The position numbers were made by a program, and so were the translations under genes. Below, piece by piece: positions 1-11,998 of a stretch of 64,000 nucleotides of DNA. Within the stretch, counting starts at the first letter, position 1; the number at the start of each line of letters is the position of its first letter. The stretch spans positions 1-64,000 of the forward strand of contig NW_026866638.1 in the NCBI RefSeq assembly GCF_026571515.1. The letters run 5' to 3'. Origin of the DNA: Ruditapes philippinarum (Eukaryota). The notes beneath the pieces were generated by a model. It saw nothing but the letters and a program-made list of their open reading frames with translations, ran no database searches and was not told the origin of the DNA.

Positions 1-395
1 AATTTTGGGAAAACGTTTTTCTTTTTTACGTACCAATACTTTAAAAGTGTTTTGGGGTTTAGGCCCCTTCAAACAAAAAATTGCCTTTTTTTTTTTCTAC
101 TGTTTTTTGTCGGATAAGCCCCAATAAAGGATTTTAATTGAAGTGTATCTGTAAATGAAAAAAAGACTTACTTTAAAGTTTAAATTTTCAGTAATAGCCT
201 TAAGTGTTTGGGGATGTAAAATACCCCACGTCCCATTGTTTAAAATTTTGGTCTCATTTAAATTTTTGTCGGGGGTAACATTGTTTTCAGCAACTTTTCG
301 TAAGGAAGAATTCCAGTCAAAGAAGTAGATGGTTTGCCTTTTAAAATTTGGGCAGTTTTTTGAAATTTTTATGAAATTTTTTATGCTTCTGGGAT

Positions 396-1006
396 TTTAA
401 AAAATCGTTTATTACCGTTTCCCTAATTAAAATTATAATATATATTTACTTTAAAAGCGTTTTTTGGCCCAAACTTTTTTAAACGTTAGGCGCCTAAATA
501 TTTTTGGGTGCGTAATTTTTGACTTTAATTGTTTTTTTATAAAATTTTAAAAGGTAATTTTTTCCTTTATATGTAGGGCTTTTTAAACGCTAAAGTAAAA
601 AACTGTATTTTAAAGGTTTCAAAATGTGAAAGACATTATAGTCGGTATGATAGCTGTTAAAATTATTTTGATTTTTTTTTATTTGTTAAGGGAAAAAAAG
701 AATTTTCTAATGAATTTATTTTTAAATTTTTAATAAAATTGTTACAAATTTTTTTTATGGTTTTTTAACTGTATTCGTTTTTTTAGGGTTTCTTCGTCAA
801 AAGGAAAAAAAATTTTTAAATTATTTTTATTCTTTTTATTTATTTGTTAAGTTTAAAATTCAAAAAGGGAAATGTATTATTTAATTACTTTACAATTTGT
901 TTCGGGAGAATCGTTTTTGGTTTTTATGCTGATGTGTAAAAAATAAAAATATATCTGAAATAAAAGGGCATACTCAAAGTCTAGTTGTTTCCAAAAATCC
1001 TTTAAA
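396..1006 (+). repeat. 5' LTR of the BEL/Pao element (error-rich copy, ends approximate)
   Basis: Colinear with 7759-8329. Shared words include aagacattatagtcggtatgatagctg, tttatgctgatgtgtaaaaa and aagtctagttgtt. Confidence 0.8.
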
Positions 1007-4000
1007 AATTCTGATTGGGGGTTAAAACCCGTGATGGATTTAGAAATTTTGGGAAAAATTTAAGATTCATGAAAAAAAGAAATTCCCTTTATTTTGGACA
1101 GAAGAAAGGGGTTTTGTAAACAGGGGGTTTTCTAATTACTAAATTTGAAAAAATTTTAGAAAAAAGATACTTACTATTAATAAAAGTGAATTCGGGGGTG
1201 ATGAAAAAATCAATAATTTAAAAAGTGTTTTAAACTATGGAGCAAACAGTTTTTATGAGTGAAAGGGAAAAACCCGCAACACCCAACATCTTTCAAAAGA
1301 CAAAGATTTAAAAAATGAAATTAAAAAAACAGATGGAGTTTTAAATAAAAATTTTACAAAAAAGTGAAATAATTAAAATGACCGTCCTATGTAATAGATC
1401 GAACTTTTAAAAACAGTACTTTTTAACAATGTATGGTTTTTGTGCAAAGATAGGGAAAATTTTGAGACTTTAGAAAATAGTTATATAAGCCAGCAAAAAA
1501 AATTTTGTTGAATGAAAGGGAAACAATATACGGAGGGGTTTAAAAAATTTTTTTGGGTTTCCCGGCGCAGACGATGTAACGTGTCTGTGCGCACGAGAGC
1601 TAGTTCGGAAACAGTCATCACGGGGCAGCTATGCAAAACGCAAAGCAAAAGCGGCTTGTTGGAAAAAACCGTTAAAAAATGTTGAGAGAAAAACAGAGAC
1701 TTAAACGGAAAAAAAAAGGAAATAAGAGAATAAACGAGAACTATTAGAACAGGAGAGCAAAGATAAAAATTTGGGCTAAAATTTGAGGAGTCAGTTTTTA
1801 CTGGGGGGGGTAACGAAAAAAATTTTCCGTAAGTCCAAAATTTCGGAACAGACGCATCAAAAAAAATAAAAGTGTCATAGATGTTTCTGCTTCCGGTCCC
1901 CAAAAATTTGTACCCCCGGGGATACTTCAGATAGGGCGGATCCCCTGTGTTTTTTACAGAAAAAGATTTGATGGTGAGCCCGTATCAAAGGGTTTACAGA
2001 ACAGCCCAAGTTTAATGGTAAGACAGAAAATCCTTTAACTTCCGGTTGAGTGATAGGAGAAATTCAGCATTTGAAAAATTTGGGCAAAAATTTTATTAAA
2101 AAAAAGGGGTTTTAAAAAAACCAACCCAAAATTTTTAAACTTTTTTAAAGGGGTTCTGCGATAAAATTATTCCCCAAGGGGTTTTATAAAGAATTTTTTA
2201 AAAGACAAACGGTTAGAGGAAAAAGAAAGGGGAGAATAGAACTTAGTTTAAAGCTACCTATTCAATATTGAAGGGTGAGGCGAAATCAGGGTTTGAAGAT
2301 TGCGTATTTTTAAAGATTAAAATAAAGGGTACAGAAAAGCTAAAGTTTATTTTACAGTCAGGGTTATGGTGGGGCCACATGTAATTCCCCAAAAAATTAC
2401 TTTGATAAACTGTTGAAAGGGCCTAAAATTAAAGCGCCCTGATTTGACAAACTATCTAAGTTAGCATTAGATATGCAAAGATGTATATGCCCTACCCCAA
2501 AATTGGGTTTTGTTTCTGAGTAAATAATTCAGAAAATTAAAGACAAAATTGTTAGCGTTTGCCTAGGGCTATACAAACCCAAAGTGGGCAGATTTGCAAA
2601 ATACAATCTTGAGTCCCGGCAAAGAGCCAAAGATTCTTTGATTTTTTTGGGAAATTTTGTTGAAGAGAGATCACGTGTTGTTTTGTTCGGAAATATGGTA
2701 TTGATATTGTTAAAGAAAATTTTAACCAAATCCCAAGTAAGAAAACACCCCCCTAGTCTGCCTAGTTTCTGAAAGGCAAAAAAAAACTCCCTTGCCCGTA
2801 TATACTGAAAGTGAAAAACCCCAAGAACAAAAGAAAAGGGTTTTTGGGCGCTCTGGTTCATGTTTTAGACTTAGCATCATGTCATAGTTTTTTAAAAAAA
2901 GGGACTTTAACAGGGGAAAAAGGGAAAAAATTTTGTTAAGAACGATTGTGTTTTCATCTATTAAAATTTTAGGAAAAAAAATCATTTTACTATACTAAAT
3001 TGTAGCAGAAAACATCACACATTTTTTACATAGCTGGTTCCCGTGGGTTTAAAAATACATTTGAAAACGAAACCTTAAATAAATTGTAGGGGCCACAAAT
3101 GGTTATTTTCTAAAACTTTTTGGGGGAAATTAAAACCTTTTAAAACCCCTTTTAAAAGGGTTTTTTTAAGGAAAAAGGTTTTTCTTTTTTGCCAAAGGGA
3201 AATATCCCCCTTTGTTTAAAAGGGGTTTTTGGGCGGCCGGGGGAACAAAACCCTGTTGGGGGGCCGAAAAGCTTTAAAATAAAGGAAGCTGAAAAATATA
3301 AGTGGGGCCAGTTATTTCCAGATTTAAACTTTTTAATTTTCCAAAAAGGAATGCACTACAGGGGAAAAGAAGTTGACCTAACTGTGAGTCCTATTTCCGG
3401 TAAAAAGTGAAGGGGAAAGCTTCACAATTTTTGGGGACGTAAAAAATTTGGGCCTATTTCTACGCGATCTGCAGCTAATGCCGATGATATTTTGAAAAAT
3501 AAACCCTATTTAAGTGCCTTGAATATTCCCGACGTTTAACCCTTAAAGGGAAATCATGTTTTTAAATTTGGGACGGATACACCGGAGGGACATATTCCCC
3601 CAAAGATAAAGAACAGGAAGTGTAAAAAGAAACCATATGCCCGTGAGAACGCAAAATTTGGGTTTGGGGAGTTTGTGGGCCAATACCATCAAAATTTTTT
3701 CAAAACATAATAAAACGACAACAGAAAAACCCCAAAAAAACATTCATTTCGGTCAAATCAAATGACGCCATACTAAACAAAATTGAAGTATGTGGACGTC
3801 AGACTTCAAAGACGCATCCATAATTTAGAAAAATTTTCCCTGTCAGTTGAAGATAAAAGAGCACTTGGGTTATTGGGGTCTAAAAACTTTCTGTGTTTAA
3901 AAGGGGCACTTTTGAATGGGATTACCCTGGCCCACAGGGTGACACAAAAATTGCCCAATAATTTTTTGCAACTTGCGAATGCGCGATTGAATACCTGAAA

Positions 4001-7000
4001 GAAAACCTTTTTTTCGTGACAAAAGTGGGTTTTCCGAGATGTATACCAAAACAAGACAGACCTTTTTTGAAAAGGATTCCCCAAAAAAAGTGACAAATAA
4101 GGGGAAAAAAACCCCAGGAAAAGAAAATGGGATTTAAACCCAAACCATTTCCTTTTAGCAATGTGGAAATTTTTTTCCCGGGGAAAAAGTGCGTGTTGTT
4201 TTTGATTGGGGGGGGCAAAATTAAAGGTATTTTTCACTTTTTAAAATTGGTTCCCCCTTTTTAAAAGCAAAGGGCCCGATATGATGAACAGTCTTTTAGG
4301 CGTATTTAAACCCGATTTCGAACCCAAGGGAAAAAAAGCTCTTTTCCCCTGAACATTGAGGCAAAGTTTTTACCAGGTTATGTTGGGATGTGAAAAAAGG
4401 ACTGTGAGCCCTAAAGTTTTTTTTATGGGGGGCTGGTTTTGGGGGATTTTTAACTTTTTATCACCAAAGACTTATTGTATGAAAATCCCACTTAATTTGG
4501 GGGGCAACTTTTTTCCCTCTGGAGCCCCCTGGGGTTTTGCGTGAAGAAAGAATGGCCCTTGACCAAAGCAGGGGGAATTTGAACCTGCCCGTTTAAATTT
4601 TTACTGGGAAAGAGAAAAACTTTTAAAGGGGAACGAAATGCCTGAAAGTCTGGGAAAAAATCTGAAATTAAAGGTATTTAAATTGCAAAACCCGATTTTT
4701 ACCCTCCGAGAGCTTAAAGGTGGCTTCAGATTCAAAAAAGTGGATAAGCAACAGCCGGGGGGTACTTTAATACGATTCGGAATCTGAACGGTTTTCGCCG
4801 CGGTTTTTAGCCTCCCAACCCCGGAGAGAACTCCTTGTGATGTTGGCCCCCGCGGCGTAATTTTGGGAAAAAATTTAATGAAAAGGTTTTAAAAAATTTA
4901 ACCCTTTAAGATTAAAATAAAAACAAAAAAAACCCTTAAAAAAGGAACGGAAATTTAATTTTCCTAATAATCCATTTTGTTTGGGTCCCTAGGACTTTTT
5001 TCAACACTTTGGGGGGTTTTTGGGGGGAAACGTTTTGGGGCGGTGGGGAAAGGGCCCCCAAATTTTTACAGAAACCTATGTAGGAAGAAATAGGGGGGAT
5101 AAAAACCCTTTGCAGAAAAGAAATAGAAGATTGGGGAAAAAAGTTGGAAAAAGGGAAATTTTTCCAAACGGTTTTAAAAAAAAAAATTAGTTTTTTGACC
5201 GTTGTTTCCGTCCCAAAAAATTAAAAACCCCGTAAATTGAAAAACGGGACAAACTGCAGGGGTTTTAAAAAAGGGTGGGTTTAAAAACAAAGGTTTTGGG
5301 CGCAAAAAGCGCAACTTAACGGGTTTGGAAGGGTTTAAACAGAAAAGGAATTTAAAAGGGAAATTTTGTTTTTTTGGTTTAAATCTAAAAAATTAGCCCC
5401 GGGGGAAAAAAAGCAAAAAAAAAAACCATTTTAAGAATTTAGAGCTGTTCGGGCTGAGTTAACCCCCTTTTTCGCCTTTTAAATTTCTTGTTGTTTAGGA
5501 AGAACCCCTTGAACTTTTAAAAGGGCGGGGCAAAAGTTAAGAAAACTGGAAAAGGAAAAAACTATAAAAATTTAAACTTGGATAAAAATAAAAAAAAATT
5601 AACAGAAAAGATTTAAGACCCTTCCCTTGAAATAGGGAAACAAACTACAGTCAAAAAACCAACTAACATTCCCCTTTAGAAGTGGCGGTTTTGGTTTGAA
5701 ATTTTTGGTTGAAAACCCCCTGGGAAAAAATTTTTTCGAGGGGGCAAAAAAACCCCCAAATAAAATTCCGTTGGGGCGTTAAAATATGGGTTTGAGGGAC
5801 AAAATACTTAACAAAAAAATTTTCTTTTGGTTAAACCCCAACCCTTTAAACTAACAAATTGCAGGGAGGGTTCCCCAAGGGGAAGAGAGAGAAATTAAAT
5901 TGTTTAAAACCACTGGGGATTGTAAAAAACAGGACCTCATATAAAAAAAAAAGACCCCAAAATTAACTTTTTTATCCCGTTTGGGGGCCAAAGTTTGGCC
6001 CTTTTGAGGCAGTTTCTTGGTTTAATTGGGAAAAATTTCATAACATATTGCAGCGAACTTTTCTTGAACCTTTTGAAATGAACAACGGCAAAAAACGAAG
6101 GGAAAAAAACTTACCCGTTTTCCGAGATAAAGAACGCAACTTACGTTAAAAAAGTAACGGAACCCTTGACAAAAATCAATAACCCAAAACAGGAACTGGA
6201 AAGATTTTTAAAAAGGAAATCCCGTAAAAAAAGACAGTAATTTTTTCTTTCATTAAAAACCCCATAAATTGTTAAAGGATAATTTCCGTGTATATGGAAA
6301 GAAATTTCTCAAAAAGAATAAAGATTTTCGTGCCCCTTAAACCTTCCGCACGATGTCCGTGACATTAAATTGTTTTCGTCATTAACCCTAATTTTAAACG
6401 GGCATGTTGGTAAAAAAACAGTACTTGCTGAAACACGGACAAATACTGGGGTTTTAAAAAAGGGCCCCGTACTATAAAGAAAGTTATTAGAGATTGTTTT
6501 TTTATTTAAAGGGGAAAAAAAAAACAGTCCCACCTCTTAGACAAAAGATGGGCCCCCGAAACAAGAACAGACGCCCCCCCATAAACCCCCCCCTTCCTAA
6601 AGTTTGGGGGTAAGACTACTTTTGGCCCTTTGATAGTGAAATCAAAGGGGAACTTTTTTAAAAAGATACGGGTGTCTCTTTTGCTGTCCCAACTACCAAA
6701 GCAGTCCCATCGGGAAAAAGCACAAGTCCCAAAAAATGATTCTTTCATAGCTGTTTATCAAGCTTTTCAAATCGTCGAGGGGAACCAGAAAAATATTTTA
6801 GCGATAAAAGGAACGAATCTTGTTAGCGGAGACAAAAAGTTAAAAACTCAAAAAAACAATGGGCCCGTCTAAAATCGGACAACTTCCTTTTGCAACCCTT
6901 ATGTAGACTGGCATTTAACCCACCCCATGCCACCACTGGGCGGGTCCCTGGGAAAGCTTGATAAGGTCAACGCGTACTATTCTCAAAGTTGTTTTGAGAG

Positions 7001-7758
7001 AAAATCCTTTCAGACGAAAAGTTTAAATTTACCCTGTTGCCCAAACTGAAAGAAAAAATCAACGATAGACCCATAACTAATGTAAGCAGTGATCCGAGGG
7101 ACCCACCCCACTCACGCCAAAAAATGTTTTTTTTAAAGAAGTCTAATTTTCCCTTTTTTACCAAATCGGGGATTTTTTTAAAAAAGACAAATTTTAGTAA
7201 GATGGTGGGGGAAAAAATCCAATTTTGCACTATTTGGAAAAAGATGGGTAAAAAAGTTTTTTACCAACCCCACAAGCCAGGGAGAAAAGGCAAAAAAAAG
7301 AGCGTAATGTAGATGACATTTTGCCCTTTTGGTAGGGCAATAGTGTTCCCAAGAGGCAAATGGGGCCCCAGGCGAAAGGGGAACCGAAGTTTAAAGGGGG
7401 GGGGGGGGCATAAACCCTTTAAAAGTAAAATTTTAAAAAGGGACTCAGCTATGATAAGGCCAATCACAAAGTTGTTGCCTTTTAGAAACTGTTCAGACTT
7501 AATTATTGTATTACGCTGAAAATATTTCCCACAAGATTTTAATGTTAATGGTTTAAAGGATCTACATTACTGTGTTATAGAATGATTGTTTTTAACATTA
7601 GCAAGTACTTAATAAATGCATATTTATTTGCAATTATATCATTCTAATGAACATGTGAAGTTGCGTATGCAATTTACATTTTTGTATCGAATAATATAAT
7701 TGTTAATTAGAACATAACATGATTTTGATGAAACTTAAATATTGTCCATGGAGGGCAC

Positions 7759-8329
7759 TGTAAGAATTTTATTACCGATTCTAATTAAAATATAATATAT
7801 ATCTTACGTTAAGCGTTGTTTGGCGCCAACTTATTTAACGTTACGCGCTGAATAGTTTAGCGCGTCATTTTGACGAAATTGTTGTTATTGAATTTTTAAA
7901 GGTAACTTCCGTTATATGTAGCAGCCGTTAAACGTTAAGCTGATAACCTATTTTTAAACGGTTTTCATGTGAAAAGACATTATAGTCGGTATGATAGCTG
8001 CTTAAAGTATTTTGATTTATTTATTTGTTAAACGATATAAAGAATTTTCTAATGAAGTATTTATTAATTTTAATCAATTGTTACGATTATTTATCTTTAT
8101 GGATTTTAACTGTACTTCTGTTTACTAAGATTTCTTCGTCATAGGAAATAATTATTTAATTATTCTATTCTATTATTTATTTGTTAAGTTTATATCAGAA
8201 ATGAATGTATTAGTTAATTACTTTATCATTTGTTTCAGAGAATCGCTTTGTTTATGCTGATGTGTAAAAATAAAAGATATATAGAAGCGCATACTCGAAA
8301 AGTCTAGTTGTTATCCGAAATCCTTTACA
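7759..8329 (+). repeat. 3' LTR of the BEL/Pao element (571 bp)
   Basis: Starts TGTAA and ends TTACA (5-bp terminal inverted repeat, TG...CA). Preceded by purine-rich ggaggg and contains AATAAA near its 3' end. Confidence 0.85.
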
Positions 8330-8587
8330 CCATCTATAAAACGACATCACCATTTATCCAAAGGACATCACGACTTGATAAGAGTGAATATAAGGCAGCT
8401 ATGGCGTTCCATACAAAATGCCCTATTTAAGCCATAGACACTGTTTTTCGTTTGAGAAATGTTTTTAAAAAGTGACCATATTTTCGGCGCCGCCCCATCA
8501 AAATGGTACATCAAGGGGTTGTCAGAAAGGGGGTGTGCCCCCTTCTGTTTGGGGGGGGGGCGGCGGGTTGAAAAGGGCGGGCAGCTT

Positions 8588-8975
8588 CCCCCCTCATCAC
8601 CAAAGAAAAGTTTGGACATGTGTACAGGCTTAAATGGCCTCAGGTCGAGATCGTAAGGTAACGTGTAACCAACGCTGAAAAAGCCTTTTGCTCTATCTCA
8701 ATCCATTGAGAAGTTGCAAGCACTTTGAAATCAGTTTGATGGGGAAAAAAAACAAATGCAAATTAGTGATTTTTGGCAATTTTGAGACGTTCCCCTTTGC
8801 CAATTTACAGGAATTTAAGATTGAAGCAAATGCTGTTACATGTACAGAGGCTTATTGTCCAGTCAACATTTGTGCAATTTTCATCAGTATCGCAGCATTT
8901 TTCATAGTTCCATAGCAATTTGAACTTTTAACAGGAGGCTTTTCAATGAAAACGGGCCATTTTTGGGACAATTTT
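8588..8975. repeat. Dispersed repeat, copy 1 (inverted copy at about 26915-27285)
   Basis: taaggtaacgtgtaaccaacgctgaaaaa and gtgatttttggcaattttgaga match the reverse complement of the 27 kb copy. The two spurious ORFs (8688+ and 26972-) share VIFGNFE and FFIV. Confidence 0.75.
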
Positions 8976-9329
8976 CCTCTTCAAGAAAAGGGTTAAATGT
9001 TTTTCTCTGAGATTAAATAAAAAAAAATTAAAGTTTTTAAATGTTTAACTGGTGGAAAACAAGGGAAGCATTTTTGAAAAAAACCTTGGAATGGGTAACT
9101 TGTGGACAATGTTTTGAAAATGAAAAAAATCCCGCCTGATTTTGTCTGCAAATTATCTATGCAGGCAATGAAATACTTGGGATAAATAAAAACAGTCAAG
9201 ATTTGATGAAGCTTCAGATAAGAAGTGTATAGAATTTGGCGAAAAATCGTCTCCATTTTTTTAAAATAACCAATCGAAATGTTCTGATAAACAAACAGGT
9301 CATCTATAAATAGTTCATCATCATCGTAA

Positions 9330-10532
9330 TAAAAATCACAGAACCATGGCATCAAAAATAGTATCACCATGTATAAAAAGAACATCACCACATAGCAAAA
9401 TAGTATAACCATTTATAAAAAGAACATCACCATATATCAAAATAGTATTAACCATTTATAAAAACAACATCACCATACAATCAAAATAGTATCACACCAT
9501 TATAAAAAAACAACCATCACCCTTTAAATATGGCAAAATTACAGCACCATTTATAAAAAACAACAGCACCATATATAAAATGACACCACAGCAGGTACCA
9601 AAGTGACACCACCCATATATCAAAACGAGCTTCACACCATTTATCATTACTGAGCACCAATGTATCAAAACAACAGCACCATATATATAATAACATCACC
9701 AATAATCAAAATGACACAAAACCAGCTAACAAAACCACAGCCCCCATCTGTCAAAACGACATCACCATTTATCAAAACCACAGCACCATTTATTAAATCC
9801 AACAGCAGCATTTATTTAAACTACAGTACCACCTGTCAAAACGACATCACCATTTAATCAAAAACCACAGCACTATTTACTTAAACTACAGCACCATCTG
9901 TCAAAACGACATCACCATCTATCAAAACCACAGCACACATTTATTAAATCCACAGCACCATTTATTTAAACTACAGCACACAATCTGTCAAAAAAGACAT
10001 CACCATTTATCAAAACCACAGCACCATTTACTTAAACACAAGCACCATCTGTCAAAACGACATCACCATTTATTCAAAAACCACAGCACCATTTACTCAA
10101 ACTACAGCACCATCTGTCAAAACGACATCACCATTTATCAAAAACCACAGCACCATTTATTAAATCCACAGCACCATTTTTTTTAAACTACAGCACCATC
10201 GGTCAAAACGATATCACCTTTATCAAAACCACAGCCCCATTTACTTAAACTACAGCACCATCTGTCAAAAACGACATCCACCATTTATCAAAACCACAGC
10301 ACCGTTTATTAAATCCACAGCACCATTATTTAAACTACAACACATCTGTCAAAAACGACATCACCATTTATCAAAACCACAGCACCATTTACTTAAACTA
10401 CAGGACCATCTATCACAACTACATCACCATTTATTAAAACCACATAACCATTTATCAGAACCACAACACTATCTGTCAAAAGGACATGACCACTTAAGAA
10501 GTGTTTATATAAGGCAGCTATGGCGTTCCATA
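9330..10532. repeat. About 21-bp minisatellite array with higher-order structure, ending in a short hairpin (non-autonomous element)
   Basis: Variants caccatttatcaaaaccacag, caccatttacttaaactacag and caccatctgtcaaaacgacat cycle in groups of 3-4. The array ends with aaggcagcTATGGcgttCCATA. The same terminus with a few units also occurs at 8330-8413. Confidence 0.85.
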
Positions 10533-10679
10533 GAATATTATTAAGTTACATGGTATCTGGAACTTTAAGATTTGATCTTTGACTAAATAATCCCACAGGA
10601 ACTGGTGTTATGTCATATAATTGTATACATTGTATACAATTTAATGGTATCCGTGGTCGAGGTGTTAGAGTCGATGACT

Positions 10680-11660
10680 TATATACAGTCAAAACAACAC
10701 TATATTATGTAGAATCGTCTTTACATAGAGTCAACTTAACAATATATCATGTAAATGTGTCCTTATATCATGTCAATCTTTCATTATACGATGTGCATTA
10801 ATAGATATATTATGTAGAACCATTCTTATATAGAGTCAAAACAAAAGTATATTATGTTGATCTGTTTTTATATGATGTCAGTCTTAAATTATATGATGTG
10901 CAATTACGAATATATTATGTGGAACTATTTTTATATACAGTCAAAACAACACTATCGTCTTTATATATAGTCAACTTAACAATTCGTCAGCAGTTTAGAA
11001 CCGCCCGGGGTTCCCTCAAGTCTTGAGATTTTATCACGTGTACTTCAACTGTTGGTATATAGACAGTCCCCGCCACGAACGTTGCACTGTGAGATATAAC
11101 CCGGTAAATTTAACCCCATCAGTATAATGACAGCGGTCATATAATAATAGATTTACATCGTATAATGAAAGATTGACAATATATTGATATAAAGTTGACT
11201 CTATATAATGATGCTAACACATTAATATATTCATCAATGCACATCGTATAATAATAGATTCACGTATAATGAAAGTTTGGCATCATATGTTGATAAGTTG
11301 ACTCTATGTTATGATGCTAGCACGTAATATATTCATAAATGCACATCGTATAATAATAGATTCACATCGTATAATGAAAGATGGACATCATATATTGATA
11401 AGTTGACTGTATATAATGATGCTACCACATAGCATTCTCATAAATGCACATCGTATGATAATAAATATACATCGTATAATGAAAGATTGACATAATATAT
11501 TGATAAGATGATATTATAAAATGATGCTACCACATAATATATTCATATAACATTGTATAATGATTGGTCGACATCATATAAAGACACGTTGACATCATAT
11601 ATTGTTCAGTGGATTTCATATAAGGATGCATCCACATAATATATTCACGAGTTGTGCACA
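10680..11660. repeat. Foldback-like element: two modular repeat arms in inverted orientation around a unique core of about 155 bp
   Basis: Left-arm words tgtcaatctttcattatacgatgt and tatatagagtcaa are reverse complements of right-arm acatcgtataatgaaagattgaca and ttgactctatata. The right arm has a period of about 103-107 bp (11141, 11248, 11350, 11456). Confidence 0.7.
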
Positions 11661-11998
11661 TTGTATAAAGAAAGAGTGACACAACAGCGTTCATTTTAAT
11701 AATCATAAGACGGTCAAGGCTTTCCATTATTCTCGGTGAACCTTTACTAATGAGGTTTGTCATGCCATAGATAAATCTGCATTTATTAAGTACACATTGT
11801 CTTCGATTGCTTATTAAGGGCAAATTCCACAATTGTTCTATTTGTAAATCAATGTTAGATGTTTATTAAACAACCATTAGTCAACAATACCCATGGGGAT
11901 TGAGTAAGAAATCGACCGTCTATATCGCATTCCTATTTGATTCGGTTGTGGCAGTAAATTGGGCATTATGTACAGGTGTATTGTTTCCTTGGACAGCA

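Larger units (their letters stand above)
396..8329 (+). mobile_element. BEL/Pao LTR retrotransposon, apparently full length (two LTRs plus gag-pol); reading frame broken, probably by sequence errors
   Basis: Direct repeats at about 396-1006 and 7759-8329. Pao-type peptides occur in the expected order on +: KVRVVFD (~4186), GPDMMNSLLGV (~4272), GFRFKKWISNSR (~4722, after removing one homopolymer base), DYFGPLIVK (~6614), FNPP..WE.LIRST-like (~6910, frameshifted), INDRPITNVSSDPRD (~7058), PRGKW (~7349) and RPITKL (~7457). Integrase lies after RT. Confidence 0.88.

Noticed and set aside
1481-7519. Many short F/K/G/P-rich ORFs as genes
   Set aside because: Their composition reflects homopolymer runs. 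The meaningful peptides are fragments of the Pao polyprotein.
396-8329. Ancient insertion inferred from LTR divergence, or a Gypsy/Copia assignment
   Set aside because: The divergence looks artefactual and the recognisable motifs are BEL/Pao-type.
8993-9857. Hydrophobic or Thr-rich ORFs (8993-, 9517-, 9660+)
   Set aside because: They are wholly or partly translations of the 21-bp satellite and adjacent repeat sequence.
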